Positions 45,061 through 55,791 of a stretch of DNA of 64,000 nt are shown here, one piece after another. The stretch spans positions 32,001 through 96,000 of the forward strand of contig CBDAOI010000003.1 in assembly GCA_965198005.1 (NCBI GenBank), read 5' to 3'. The translations under genes and the position numbers were made by a program. The notes beneath the pieces are model-generated. The model searched no databases. It was not told the DNA's origin and worked only from the letters and a program-made list of their open reading frames with translations. Source of the stretch: Spirochaetia bacterium (GTDB taxonomy: Bacteria > Spirochaetota > Spirochaetia > SZUA-6 > Bin103). Within the stretch, counting starts at the first letter, position 1. Every line of letters begins with the position of its first letter.

Positions 45061-45504
45061 TCCTGGATATACCGAGCAGCGTGTTTCTTGAATATGACGG
45101 ACGAACGAATCCAGTGTAGTCATTGCGGACGACGGGAAGGGACGTTGCAATGAAGACAGACGCGACCGAGGCCGTTACGACCCAATACGAGCTCGCTGGC
45201 TCGTTCATCGACCACGACTATAGCGCCAAGCTCACCATGCTCCTTCCAGCCAGCCTCCCGAGAACAGGTCGGAAAGGGGATGGTTCTTCGGGACGTCCGC
45301 GAAGTGCGGGACGTCGGCCAGCGGGCTGATCGCCTGTACCATGAGGCTGGCGCTGTCGGTGATCACCGTGCTGGCGGCTGATCCTGATGTTCTCGCTGCT
45401 GCGGTTTGGGAGACACATAATTCGTTACCTTAAAACAAGTTAAATGCTTTACGGAACATGCTCCGGTCGGGGCTATGGCGGCGTGTCAATAGCCGCGGTA
45501 TACT

Positions 45505-45798
45505 ATGTCCCATAGAGGGCCCCAGGTTACGTGGATGCAACGTTACCTTATAGTAGTAACAAAAGGCCAGTTACCTGCGATCCCGGAGCGGTTTGAGCGC
45601 AGACACGTCAAGCTCAGCGGCGGAAATGCCTGTGTCGTTGCCGACGACTCCGCTACCACGGAGGAACTGTCAAGACTTTTCGGCTTTACCGCCGAAGAAC
45701 AGAACGCACTGTTGGGTGTCGTTGTGAAGCTGGAGTACTTCAGCGGCACAGATGTTGGGGAAGTCGTGGACAAATTACGATCTCTGAGCGACTTATGA
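45505..45798 (+). CDS. Hypothetical protein (97 aa), duplicated at 51818-52111
   Basis: Both copies are open and nearly identical; TATACT lies just upstream. Confidence 0.6.
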   Translation: MSHRGPQVTWMQRYLIVVTKGQLPAIPERFERRHVKLSGGNACVVADDSATTEELSRLFGFTAEEQNALLGVVVKLEYFSGTDVGEVVDKLRSLSDL

Positions 45799-46891
45799 TC
45801 GATAAGGCAGGGTTCACCACGGACGTTACGCCGTTCTCAGGGGGGCCAGAGGAAGGACGCGTGCCAGAACTGGTTCACCGCTGTTCTGGAGAATATTGAG
45901 GCATGGCGATTAGGGCCGGTGGTTCGCGAAGTATGGCACGAGTGCAAAGAATTCGGCGCCGCGGATCTGCCGGGGGAAGAGGAGGAATAATAGCACTTCC
46001 TAGCATGGCGAGATACTTCTACAAAGTAAACTCATGAGTGACAAGAGCGCTGGCGAGGAACAGGAGAGCGGTCCGCCGTCGCAACGAAGAGCTTGGCATG
46101 ACCGCCGAGCTATCTTCGAAGAGCGTCGCTTGCTCTGATGAACAACGGCAATATTCGTGCCGTCTGGAAGGCGGAAGATTCGAGCCACCTCGGCATCCAC
46201 TTCCTCGGTGACGGAGAAGTTCAGTATGTGATTTTCAAACTTCGTACGTACGCCAGAAGGGTTTCGCGGGTAGCGGGTATCGACACTCTTGAGGACGGCA
46301 CACCAGATCGCATCCTTAGATTCTCGAATAAAACGCTTCTGGCGAGTTACCACGAACGATGGACGCTTCGAGCGCCGCAGCCGTGACATCGCTGTGGCAC
46401 TAGCGGTATATCGACCGCTTGAAACGACGTTACGGAAAGACTTCGACGGTCTGTCAGACGAATTGATTGCCCACTTGACCGGTTTCTCGCATCGCAACGA
46501 AGGAGTTGGCGCCGCTCCGGCAATATCGCCGGGTGTTGTTTCAGACGGTGAGTCTCTACTCCGCGAGATGTTCAACCCGGAGCACGTCAGGGATGGAATA
46601 GTGATCGAACGGGCGGTTTCGGTGGACGATCTCCGCTCTCAGCGTAGCGGACGGATCGCGCGCTCTCTCTCCGGGAACCGATCCACCTGATCGGGGTGGA
46701 GTTCAGCCGCGAGACGCGCAACGTGACGGCGTTCGAGGTGGCCGCCGGCTGAACCGGGATCGGCGGGCGCGGCACCGTCGGCCCCCGGCGCCACGACCCG
46801 CGCGCGCAGCTTGCAGGGAGCGGCGGTTGCGGAGTTGGGGGAATCTTCCACCATGGGTGCATGCGAATGCTGATCGTGGCCGGCGGGGGCC

Positions 46892-47105
46892 ATGGCTGAA
46901 TCGCGGGCGGCCGGCGCCGGCCTGCCCGACCCGCTGCCGGAGGGGAAGGTCGATCCGCGGGTGCTGGCGCCGCTGCTGCCCTCCGGCGACGGCGTCACAC
47001 CCGGCGGGGTGCTGATCGGCGCCGCGGTGGGCGAGGACGCGGCGGTGGTTACCGGCGCGGAACGGCTGGTGCTTACCAGTGACCCGATTACGTTCGCCGG
47101 CAGCA
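46892..47105 (+). pseudogene. AIR synthase (HypE/ThiL-like) N-terminal scrap
   Basis: LPEGKVDP...GAAVGEDAAVV...LVLTSDPITF. Confidence 0.7.
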
Positions 47106-47174
47106 CCATAGGTCCGACTGGACGCGACGCGACTGTGGGGCTACCTTGGTGGCCGGGGGTTGGGGAGCTTATCC

Positions 47175-47873
47175 ATGCGGGCAAGCCGGGAAACGGTACC
47201 ATCACTTGGTGACGATGATCTGGTCGATCTGCTCGGCAGGCGCCTGCCCGCCCTGCTCGAACGTCGCCCGGATCTTGAGCCGACGCTGTTCCGAGCGTTT
47301 CTGAAGACCTTCGCACGCCGCGAAGAGGTGGCCCTGGTGCTGGCCGAGTTGCGGGCGTTGCGTGCCGAGATGGACCGGCGCTTCGAGCAAGTGGACCGGC
47401 GCTTCGAGCAAGTGGACGAACGCTTTGACCAAGTGGACCGGCGCTTCGAGCAGATGGACCGGCGCTTCGAGCAGATGGACCAAGGCTTCGTCGAGGTTAA
47501 GCGCTCGATCGACCGGCTGGGGTCGCGTTGGGGCATCCGCAACGAAAGCCTGTTTCGACAGACCATCGCCTCTATCCTGGAGCAGTCGTTCGGCGTCAGC
47601 GTCGAGCAGCGCGCCATCGGCGGCGAACAGTTCGATGTCCTGATCCATGATCATCAACACATTCTCGTCGAGATCGCCGCCAGCGTCGGGCCCACGATTC
47701 TGGCCCGGCTGGAACGCAAGCGCCGCCTGTACGAGGAGGCTGCCGGCGTGGTCCCGGCGCGCGTCATCCTGGCCACCGCGTCGATCCACAGCCGCCGCGC
47801 TCAGCAACTGCGGCAGGCCGGCATCGAGGTCATCGAACCGGAAGAAACCGATCCCACCGCGGAGTCAGCGTAG
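47175..47873 (+). CDS. Coiled-coil PD-(D/E)xK nuclease-like protein (DUF3782-like), copy 1, 5 heptads
   Basis: (M/V)DxRF(E/D)Q repeats, LGSRWGIRNE, EQFDVLI...ILVEI; GGAG RBS. Confidence 0.75.
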   Translation: MRASRETVPSLGDDDLVDLLGRRLPALLERRPDLEPTLFRAFLKTFARREEVALVLAELRALRAEMDRRFEQVDRRFEQVDERFDQVDRRFEQMDRRFEQMDQGFVEVKRSIDRLGSRWGIRNESLFRQTIASILEQSFGVSVEQRAIGGEQFDVLIHDHQHILVEIAASVGPTILARLERKRRLYEEAAGVVPARVILATASIHSRRAQQLRQAGIEVIEPEETDPTAESA

Positions 47874-47997
47874 CGGACAGATCGCGCGCGCTTTCTCCGG
47901 GTGCAGGATCGAACAAGCGCTAAAGCCCTACACGCGTAAGCCGGCCCTTGGGAATTCTAGGGCTTGTAGACCCAACCCCTTGAGAGCGCCAGATCTC

Positions 47998-48447
47998 TCA
48001 GGAACAATCCGATTTTCTTGTTTCCAGTGATACTTCTACTATAATCGTCTGACCATTCGCTGACCACTCCATCTCAATAGTCCCTCGTGGTGTTGGAAAA
48101 ACAGACGGCGCCGGTGTTTCTGCAGAGTAGCATTCGAGGAAACTGTTTGACAGCCAAATGAGACCACTCTCCGAAGGGGGCACACTATCCGCGAAGGACG
48201 CAATCCTGGCAGCTGCTTTTTTCGCGCTTCCTACCGGCGCGAAATAGTAGTCATCCCTCTGAATACCGTCAGTCTGTAACGGTTCTTTACTTGTCCATTG
48301 GATTTTCGAAACGCCCGAACGAGTCGACGTTGCGATAGATAGGTTGCAACACGTGACCATTGGCTCTTCAATTGGAGCAATCAGATAATTGGGCAACCTA
48401 CCATTCCGAGCGATCTCTGTCGCGTTCATTCTGGGCTGCTCAGTCAT
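47998..48447 (-). CDS. Hypothetical protein with a P-x-x-x-G-x-I-x-x-E-W motif (possibly 3' truncated)
   Basis: PSVFPTPRGTIEMEWSANGQTIIVEV; lower GC than surroundings. Confidence 0.55.
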   Translation of the reverse strand: MTEQPRMNATEIARNGRLPNYLIAPIEEPMVTCCNLSIATSTRSGVSKIQWTSKEPLQTDGIQRDDYYFAPVGSAKKAAARIASFADSVPPSESGLIWLSNSFLECYSAETPAPSVFPTPRGTIEMEWSANGQTIIVEVSLETRKSDCS

Positions 48448-48552
48448 GTGCCGTTCTCCTGGCGCGCCTCGGCTTTCTCCACAAGAGAAATGTGTTGCTG
48501 TAACCAGTGCACGAGGTTACGGGCCATGGGCACGTCAAGTAGTAGCTCAACC

Positions 48553-48788
48553 TGCTGGCGTCGGGAGCCCTGCTGTTTACCGCTCCGCCGGAGGTGGCGC
48601 GCGCCGCGGTTGCGGCGCTGCAGGCGGCCGGTACTGCAGCCACCAGGATCGGCACGGTGCGGACTGGAGGCGGCGTCACGGTGCGCGCCGGCTCGCGCCG
48701 CACGCCCCTGCGGAGCTTCCCCCAGGACGAGATCTCGCGTCTCCCTCGCAGGTCACGCGGCGCGGCGCCGGACGGGTTGAGGCAGTAG
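48553..48788 (+). pseudogene. AIR synthase C-terminal scrap
   Basis: LASGALLFTAPPE...ATRIGTV...FPQDEISRL. Confidence 0.65.
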
Positions 48789-48878
48789 ACCGGGATGGTC
48801 GGCGCCTCAGCGCCAGCCGACTGGACGCGACGCGACTGTGGGGCTACCTTGTTGGCCGGGGGTCGGGGGAGCTTATCC

Positions 48879-49535
48879 ATGCGGGCAAGCCGGGAAACGG
48901 TACCATCACTTGGTGACGATGATCTGGTCGATCTGCTCGGCAGGCGCCTGCCCGCCCTGCTCGAACGTCGCCCGGATCTTGAGCCGACGCTGTTCCGAGC
49001 GTTTCTGAAGACCTTCGCACGCCGCGAAGAGGTGGCCCTGGTGCTGGCCGAGTTGCGGGCGTTGCGTGCCGAGATGGACCGGCGCTTCGAGCAAGTGGAC
49101 CGGCGCTTCGAGCAAATGGACCAGCGCTTCGAGCAGATGGACCAAGGCTTCGTCGAGGTTAAGCGCTCGATCGACCGGCTGGGGTCGCGTTGGGGCATCC
49201 GCAACGAAAGCCTGTTTCGACAGACCATCGCCTCTATCCTGGAGCAGTCGTTCGGCGTCAGCGTCGAGCAGCGCGCCATCGGCGGCGAACAGTTCGATGT
49301 CCTGATCCATGATCATCAACACATTCTCGTCGAGATCGCCGCCAGCGTCGGGCCCACGATTCTGGCCCGGCTGGAACGCAAGCGCCGCCTGTACGAGGAG
49401 GCTGCCGGCGTGGTCCCGGCGCGCGTCATCCTGGCCACCGCGTCGATCCACAGCCGCCGCGCTCAGCAACTGCGGCAGGCCGGCATCGAGGTCATCGAAC
49501 CGGAAGAAACCGATCCCACCGCGGAGTCAGCGTAG
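48879..49535 (+). CDS. DUF3782-like coiled-coil nuclease, copy 2, 3 heptads
   Basis: Matches copy 1 outside the 21-bp repeat tract. Confidence 0.75.
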   Translation: MRASRETVPSLGDDDLVDLLGRRLPALLERRPDLEPTLFRAFLKTFARREEVALVLAELRALRAEMDRRFEQVDRRFEQMDQRFEQMDQGFVEVKRSIDRLGSRWGIRNESLFRQTIASILEQSFGVSVEQRAIGGEQFDVLIHDHQHILVEIAASVGPTILARLERKRRLYEEAAGVVPARVILATASIHSRRAQQLRQAGIEVIEPEETDPTAESA

Positions 49536-50341
49536 CGGACAGTTCGCGCGCGCTTTCTCCGGGTGCAGAATCGAACAAGCGCTAAAGCTCTACACGCGTA
49601 AGCCGGCCCTTGGGAATTCCAGGGCTTGTAGACCCAAGAATAGCTGCCGGGGCCCGCTGGGGCCGGGCTCAGGCATGAGCGTCCCAGGCCGTAACCAAGG
49701 CGGCAAACGCTGCGCGTCGCGTCCAAGACGGTCCCAATATGGGGAACCTAGTAGTACAGGCGCTTGCAACCCAGCACGACGTGCTGGTTAAGATCGCGTC
49801 CGACGTGGGGACTCCCAAGACCGACGCAGGGAAGCTGATAGACCACTTTGGATTGGTGAGCGGAGAGACGCCATGAGTGACCTTACTGCTTCTCTGGATG
49901 GTCGTCTGTAGTCGAAGTCGTAGGGTAAGTCTCCAATACACTCTCAACTAGCGCAGCAGCCACTTCAAACTGTCGTTCCGCTTCGTTCGGCATCCCTTCC
50001 AATGGCACGCCGTCCTCTAGTCTAGAACCACCTACGTATGTGAGGACGTGATGAGCTGCTTCGAGGCAATCCATTCGCAATCTTCTGATGCTTGGACCGT
50101 TGGACCAGGGCACGGGGTCTCCTTGGTAGCGGCATGATTGACTCCTCCCCACGCGCTATAGCGCGCACGACACAATATACTGGCCGGGTATAGCCGTCAA
50201 ACAGATTCGACAGATTCAACAGATTCGTTACCGGGCCATCTATTTCTATAGCATATAGCAACTTGCATAAACATGTCAAGGGTCGGGGCGGCCCGCCGGT
50301 CAGGCCGAATGGCGAAATTCGGCAAGTCGCGCCATCAGCGT

Positions 50342-51125
50342 TGCGCCAAAGCACGCATTGCTTGCTGACAGCAATCCGCACCTGATCCGGTTCTATCGGG
50401 CCATCAAGGACGGTGAGGTGGATGGTCCTAGGACAAGGAGATTCCTTGAGCGCGAAGGACGGCACTTGGCGATTCGGGGACAGGATCACTACTACGATGT
50501 GCGAGATCGCTTCAACTCCGCTGGAGATCCGTTGGACTTCTTGTTCCTGAATCGCTCCTGCTTCAATGGACTTGTCCGATTCAATAAGCGAGGGGAATTC
50601 AATGTGCCATTCGGGCACAAGCCGAACAGGTTTGCACGAGCATACATTACAAAGATCGTCAATCAGATCGAGGCTTTCCGGATGGCGACCATCTTGTTCG
50701 ATTGGCGTTTCGCATGCCAGGACTACCGTATCACGATCCAGGAAGCTGCCGAGAGCGATTTCGTGTACTGTGATCCTCCCTATATCGGGCGGCACGTAGA
50801 CTACTATGACAGTTGGGATGAAGCATCGGAGAAGTCACTGCATAGCGAATTGCAGAGTACCGGATCGCGCTTCATGCTATCTACGTGGCACAGCAACGAG
50901 CATCGAGAGAATGGGTACTTACAGACCCTCTGGAAGGGACTTGAGATTGTCACTCAGGAACACTTCTACCATGTCGGCGCTCAGGAAACGAACCGAAAGC
51001 CGATGATCGAGGCGCTGGTGACAAACTACGTTGCCGTAGGTAGACGGGAGGAGTACCATAGATCGGAAGAGCAACTAATGCTCTTCGAACGGGCCGAGCG
51101 GTATCTGGCTCGTGAAACCGGATCG
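50342..51125 (+). pseudogene. M.EcoRV-like methyltransferase, copy 2, 5'-truncated (lacks the EPFxGxG motif)
   Basis: Nearly identical to ~55939-56720. Confidence 0.85.
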
Positions 51126-51534
51126 GTACCGGATCGAGCACCGCTGCCGCAGTGGTTCCGGCTAGGTGCCGGGGAGAAGGAGGTTCTTGTACTGGGATTG
51201 GAAATCCGCGATGCGCGGCTGCTCCGGATGACCGGGACGCGCGGCGGTGTGCCACAGCGACCTCGCGGCGGTTGGTCGTCGGGCGAGGGTCGTTACGGTC
51301 CGTGTAATCAACGCCGTGGCCTTCCGAGGGATCCCAGTTCCCCGGCTCGCGCTCTCGCGGAGAGCCGGTCCGGCCCGACGACGATCAGTAGTCGGGGCGC
51401 GACATTCAAGGGATACGTCATCAGGAGGCTGGCGCTGTCGGTGATCACCGTGGTGGCGGCTGATCCTGGTGTTCTCGCTGCTGCGGTTCACGCCCGGCAC
51501 CATCGTCGACGAATGAAGGTGCTGCGCCAAGTCT

Positions 51535-51725
51535 ATATCAGGACGGGATCATCTTCATCCGCCACGCGCTGAAGAGCGCGCTGACCCCGGTGGTGACGGC
51601 GATCGGCCGCCAGTTCCTGCTGATGGTCGGCGGCTCAATGATCGTGGAGCGGATCTTCAGCCTGCCGGGAATGAGACGGCTCACGCTGCAGGCGATCCGG
51701 ACCCGCGACCACACGGTGGTGAGCG
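51535..51725 (+). pseudogene. OppB/DppB-type ABC permease scrap
   Basis: IRHALKSALTPVVT...GGSMIVERIFSLPGM...RDHTVV. Confidence 0.7.
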
Positions 51726-51817
51726 ACACATAATTCGTTACCTTAAAACAAGTTAGATGCTTTACGGAACATGCTCCGGTCGGGGCTATGGCGGCGTGTC
51801 AATAGCCGCGGTATACT

Positions 51818-52111
51818 ATGTCCCATAGAGGGCCCCAGGTTACGTGGATGCAACGTTACCTTATAGTAGTAACAAAAGGCCAGTTACCTGCGATCCCGGA
51901 GCGGTTTGAGCGCAGACACGTCAAGCTCAGCGGCGGGAATGCCTGTGTCGTTGCCGACGACTCCGCTACCACGGAGGAACTGTCAAGGCTTTTCGGCATT
52001 ACCGCCGAAGAACAGAACGCACTGTTGGGTGTCGTTGTGAAGCTGGAGTACTTCAGCGGCTCAGATGTCGGGGAAGTCGTGGACAAATTACGATATCTGA
52101 GCGACTTATGA
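51818..52111 (+). CDS. Hypothetical protein (97 aa), copy 2
   Basis: See 45505-45798. Confidence 0.6.
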   Translation: MSHRGPQVTWMQRYLIVVTKGQLPAIPERFERRHVKLSGGNACVVADDSATTEELSRLFGITAEEQNALLGVVVKLEYFSGSDVGEVVDKLRYLSDL

Positions 52112-52452
52112 TCGATAAGGCAGGGTTCACCACGGACGTTACCCCGTTCTCAGGGGGGCCAGAGGAAGGCCGCGTGCCAGAACTGGTTCACCGCTGTTCC
52201 TGGAGAATATTGAGGCATGGCGATTAGGGCCGGTGGTTCGCGAAGTATGGCACGAGTGCAAAGAATTCGGCGCCGCGGATCTGCCGGGGGGAAGAGGAGG
52301 AATAATAGCACTTCCTAGCGTGGCGAGATACTTCTACCAAGTAAACTCATGAGTGACAAGAGCGCTGGCGAGGAACAGGAGAGCGGTCCGTCGTCGCAAC
52401 GAAGAGCTTGGCATGACCGCCGAGCTATCTTCGAAGAGCGTCGCTTGCTCTG

Positions 52453-52770
52453 ATGAACAACGGCAATATTCGTGCCGTCTGGAAGGCGGAAGATTCGAGC
52501 CACCTCGGCATCCACTTCCTCGGTGACGGAGAAGTTCAGTATGTGATTTTCAAACTTCGTACGTACGCCAGAAGGGTTTCGCGGGTAGCGGGTATCGACA
52601 CTCTCTCAGGGATCAAGAATCAGATCGCGGCGTTTGATCTCGTTTCTTTAATGTACCGATGATTGGCCAAGCTCTTCCCGATACTGATGACGTTCTACGA
52701 TACGCAAAGTTCCGCGACATTCTTGAGGACGGCACACTGAATTGTTCTGCCTTCCAACGACGGCCACAAG
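52453..52770 (+). pseudogene. Remnant pair: unknown-protein C-terminus followed by an ART-like N-terminus
   Basis: NGNIRAVW...LGIHFLGDGEVQY, then ATGA-coupled LPDTDDVLRY...SAFQRRP, truncated. Confidence 0.45.
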
Positions 52771-52784
52771 GCTCCGGGCTGTAC

Positions 52785-52960
52785 GCTAGGGAGATTGCGG
52801 TCAACTTGATCGCGCTTCACGACGGCGAGCTGGTTGGCCGGACGCGTCTACAGAAGCGAGCCTATCTACTGCACCGATGCGGCGCGGAGTTCACATTGAA
52901 CTTCGTCTATCCTTTTCTTACGTGATGAGGGAGGCTACGGGAGTCAAGCCGTGGAGGAGA
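52785..52960 (+). pseudogene. Deleted copy of the YwgA-like gene
   Basis: EIAVNLIALHDGELVGRTRLQKRAYLL joined directly to the FLRDEGGYGSQAVEE segment of 42327-42842. Confidence 0.75.
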
Positions 52961-53354
52961 GACTGGTCAAGCAGCGCTATCTCTACGATCTCTACGTGAC
53001 GGTCCGATTCCAATTCGCTGCGACAGCATTTTTCGTGCAACGCGCGCGCCGAGCAGAACCCGGAGGAAGAATTCGGTCTGTGATGCGTCGGGTCGCTATT
53101 CACGCCAAGCGAACAAGACCTGCGCCGACTCCGATCGAGCAGCCGGGTGCTGCGCAACCGCTCGGCGGCCGGCTGCGGCACGGTCCGCCCCAGGATGGAG
53201 AGGCCGGGTCGCGAGAGAGAGAAAGCTGGCCGCTGGTCTCGGAGCGCACCAGCCAGTCACCGACCTCCGCCAGCGGTGCGGGGTCGGCAGTCGGTTCCAG
53301 CACGCCGGCCAGACGAGCGGCGGTATCCGCTTCCTGCGCGGCTTCTATGGAGTG

Positions 53355-53510
53355 ACATCACGCTGGATCCGGTGTATTCGTCGATCTGCGGGTACACGGA
53401 GAGGGATCTGGATGAGGTGGTCTTCCGGGAGCTGGCCGGTCTGGACCGGGAACAGGTGCCGGACCGGTACAACGGCTACTGCTGGCGGGGCGAGGAGAAG
53501 GTCTACAACC
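53355..53510 (+). pseudogene. AAA-ATPase-like (PD-(D/E)xK-associated) scrap
   Basis: DITLDPVYSSICGYTERDL...YNGYCW..EEKVYN. Confidence 0.65.
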
Positions 53511-53812
53511 GTCGGCCGCCCGGCGCCACGACCCGCTCGCGCAGCTCGCTCAACGTCACCTGCCACGGCTGCCCGTCGCCGAACCGGAATCGGCAAGCAC
53601 GTCGATGTCCGGGGAATCGCACAGAGCCCCGTCAGCCGTGACCAGCGTCTGACCGAGTGCCGGCCTGCTGACGACTCTCTCCAGCCTGGGACGCGGGGTC
53701 CCCAAATCCGGCAGCGCGGCGCAATGGCGGCCGTCCGCGGCGCACAAGCTTCCGTCCCACGTCTGGTTGTGGTATACTCTATGCGGGACGTGGGAACGTC
53801 GCGGACGAAGGA

Positions 53813-54637
53813 ATGGGCAAGTACGTGCCACACACGGAGACACACTCGATCCAGGAAGCGACAATCGCGGTTCACTTTCAGGGAGAGCTTGAGCCGGGAC
53901 AAATAGAGCTGACGAGGGGCCGAGTGCAAGCACACCTGGACGACCACTTCGGCCGATCACAACAGATTCGCGGTGGCAATATCGATATCGACATGACCAA
54001 TCCCGAACGCCCGAAACCTGCATCCGGGGTGGTTAATGTCGTGGGTTTCGAGTTCTCACGACCAGATGCAAGCGGCACACCAGATCGCATCCTTAGATTC
54101 TCGAATAAGACGCTTCTGGCGAGTTTCAAGAACTACACAGGCTGGGACTCAGTCTTAGAAGATAGCTTGACATATATCAAGGCGGTACTATCGTCCATGC
54201 CGCTCATGGACTGCCCGGTTGGTGCATTCGGCCTGAGATATGTTGACCGGTACTCATACGAAGGACCAGCTAGCGATGCTCACGCCGCTCTGTTGTTTGA
54301 GAAAGACGGGCCTTACATCACCGCGCAGTGCTTCAATGCAGGTCCCTTGTGGCACTGCCATTCTGGTTGGTTTGAGGACTTGACCGCTGAAGAACGCATC
54401 CTTAATCAGCTTAACGTCGGAAGCAACGTGATTGACGGCATTTCCACCGTCACCATTGATCACAATGCCGTATGGATGTTGAAATCCATCCGTCATTCTA
54501 TCGAAACACTCCTGTCATCGGCGAATGGGAGCACTGGATTGCAAGATGCGCTGATCCGGCTCCACGCCAACAACAAAGAGATCCTCAAAGCGATGCTTCG
54601 CCGTGGAATGCTCGATACAATAGGAATGGCACAATGA
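53813..54637 (+). CDS. TIGR04255-like protein (274 aa)
   Basis: HSIQEATIAVHF...YTGWD...FGLRYVDR...TIDH; AAGGA RBS; TATACT upstream. Confidence 0.7.
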   Translation: MGKYVPHTETHSIQEATIAVHFQGELEPGQIELTRGRVQAHLDDHFGRSQQIRGGNIDIDMTNPERPKPASGVVNVVGFEFSRPDASGTPDRILRFSNKTLLASFKNYTGWDSVLEDSLTYIKAVLSSMPLMDCPVGAFGLRYVDRYSYEGPASDAHAALLFEKDGPYITAQCFNAGPLWHCHSGWFEDLTAEERILNQLNVGSNVIDGISTVTIDHNAVWMLKSIRHSIETLLSSANGSTGLQDALIRLHANNKEILKAMLRRGMLDTIGMAQ

Positions 54638-55161
54638 ACCAGCTCGCTACTACCACGAACGATGGACGCTTCGAGCGCCGCAGTCGTGACATCGCTGTGG
54701 CACTAGCGGTATATCGACTGCTTGAAACGACGTTATGGAAAGACTTCGACGGTCTTTCAGATGCTCAGACCGCACGTATCGAATCGCAGTTGTCCGACAT
54801 CCCCTGGTTTCCGTCTTCAACGGAACAAATGCTTGAGCGGTTGGATTCGCTTCGTCAGACGCCGTTCGATGAACGCTGGCCAAATACGGTGTGGCCGAGT
54901 GACGAGACTTTCGATGCAGCCCAGACTTTCATTGAGGGCTTGCCGTCGCGGATGTCGTGCATACCAGACATTGGCTTGGCTGACGACGGCGAGGTCAATT
55001 TCTTGTGGAAGAGTGACACTCTACATGTTGACCTTGGGTTCCACGAAGCGGGATCGTACTCGTTCTTTGCCCGCGACCGGGGCGGAAACGAGTTTCTGAA
55101 AGATGACTTGCCCTCTGAGCGAGGACTTCCACCCGAAATCACCGAGTTGCTTACGACTTGA
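54634..55161 (+). CDS. Hypothetical protein (175 aa) with a P-x-I-x-x-x-x-DGEV-x-x-x-W motif
   Basis: ATGA overlap; IPDIGLADDGEVNFLWKSDTLHVDLGF. Confidence 0.7.
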   Translation: MNQLATTTNDGRFERRSRDIAVALAVYRLLETTLWKDFDGLSDAQTARIESQLSDIPWFPSSTEQMLERLDSLRQTPFDERWPNTVWPSDETFDAAQTFIEGLPSRMSCIPDIGLADDGEVNFLWKSDTLHVDLGFHEAGSYSFFARDRGGNEFLKDDLPSERGLPPEITELLTT

Positions 55162-55697
55162 TTGCACCCTTGACCGGTTTCTCGCATCGCAACGAAGGAG
55201 TTAGCGCCGCTCCGGGAATATCGCCGGGTGTTGTTTCAGACGGTGAGTCTCTACTCCGCGAGATGTTCAACCCGGAGCACGTCAGGAATGGAATAGTCAT
55301 CGAACGGGCGGTTTCGGTGGACGATCTCCGCTCTCGCGGATTCTCAGTTCACCGCATGAAGTATGTCGAGCCGGCATTCATCAAGGCATCAATCGCAGAG
55401 CGCCTCGCCAGGCCCCGCCAAGGGAGCACGTGGCGCGATGAGGGCTTGGCTAAGCTGGCAGCTCGAATCGTTCGTGCGCGTCGCGTGGAGGGCCGACAGG
55501 CGCTGGTCGTCATCGATACCGCCTCGAAAGACAACCGCGGACACGCGAGCATATTCGCGGCCGACCCTCGCGCCGGGCGCGCCCATGCACGCAGACTCCG
55601 GACGCTTCTGTTGCCGTTGTTGCAAGAGCGCATGTCGGTAGATGAGGCGTTTGCGGACATGACTAATGAGGATCGAGGGCACGATCCACGATCCTGA
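55158..55697 (+). CDS. Hypothetical protein with ART/RES-like motif spacing (179 aa)
   Basis: TTGA overlap; DGESLLR..NPEH, GFSVHR, VIDT...NRGHASI. Confidence 0.6.
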   Translation: MIAPLTGFSHRNEGVSAAPGISPGVVSDGESLLREMFNPEHVRNGIVIERAVSVDDLRSRGFSVHRMKYVEPAFIKASIAERLARPRQGSTWRDEGLAKLAARIVRARRVEGRQALVVIDTASKDNRGHASIFAADPRAGRAHARRLRTLLLPLLQERMSVDEAFADMTNEDRGHDPRS

Positions 55698-55791
55698 GCG
55701 AGTTGGAGAAGGCACGACCGCTGGGCATACCGTGTATCCGGGACCGGGTAGCGCAGACGGTCCCCGAGGCGGGGCGGCGGCGTAGGGGGAA

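Noticed and set aside
47369-47485. 21-bp repeats as a CRISPR or non-coding VNTR
   Set aside because: They are in-frame coding heptads of a coiled coil
49640-50330. Short minus-strand ORFs as cargo genes
   Set aside because: Lower GC suggests foreign remnants, but there is no recognisable motif or convincing complete frame
51126-51572. C-terminal extension of the 404-aa methylase ORF
   Set aside because: Read-through into patchwork DNA after homology with the intact copy ends
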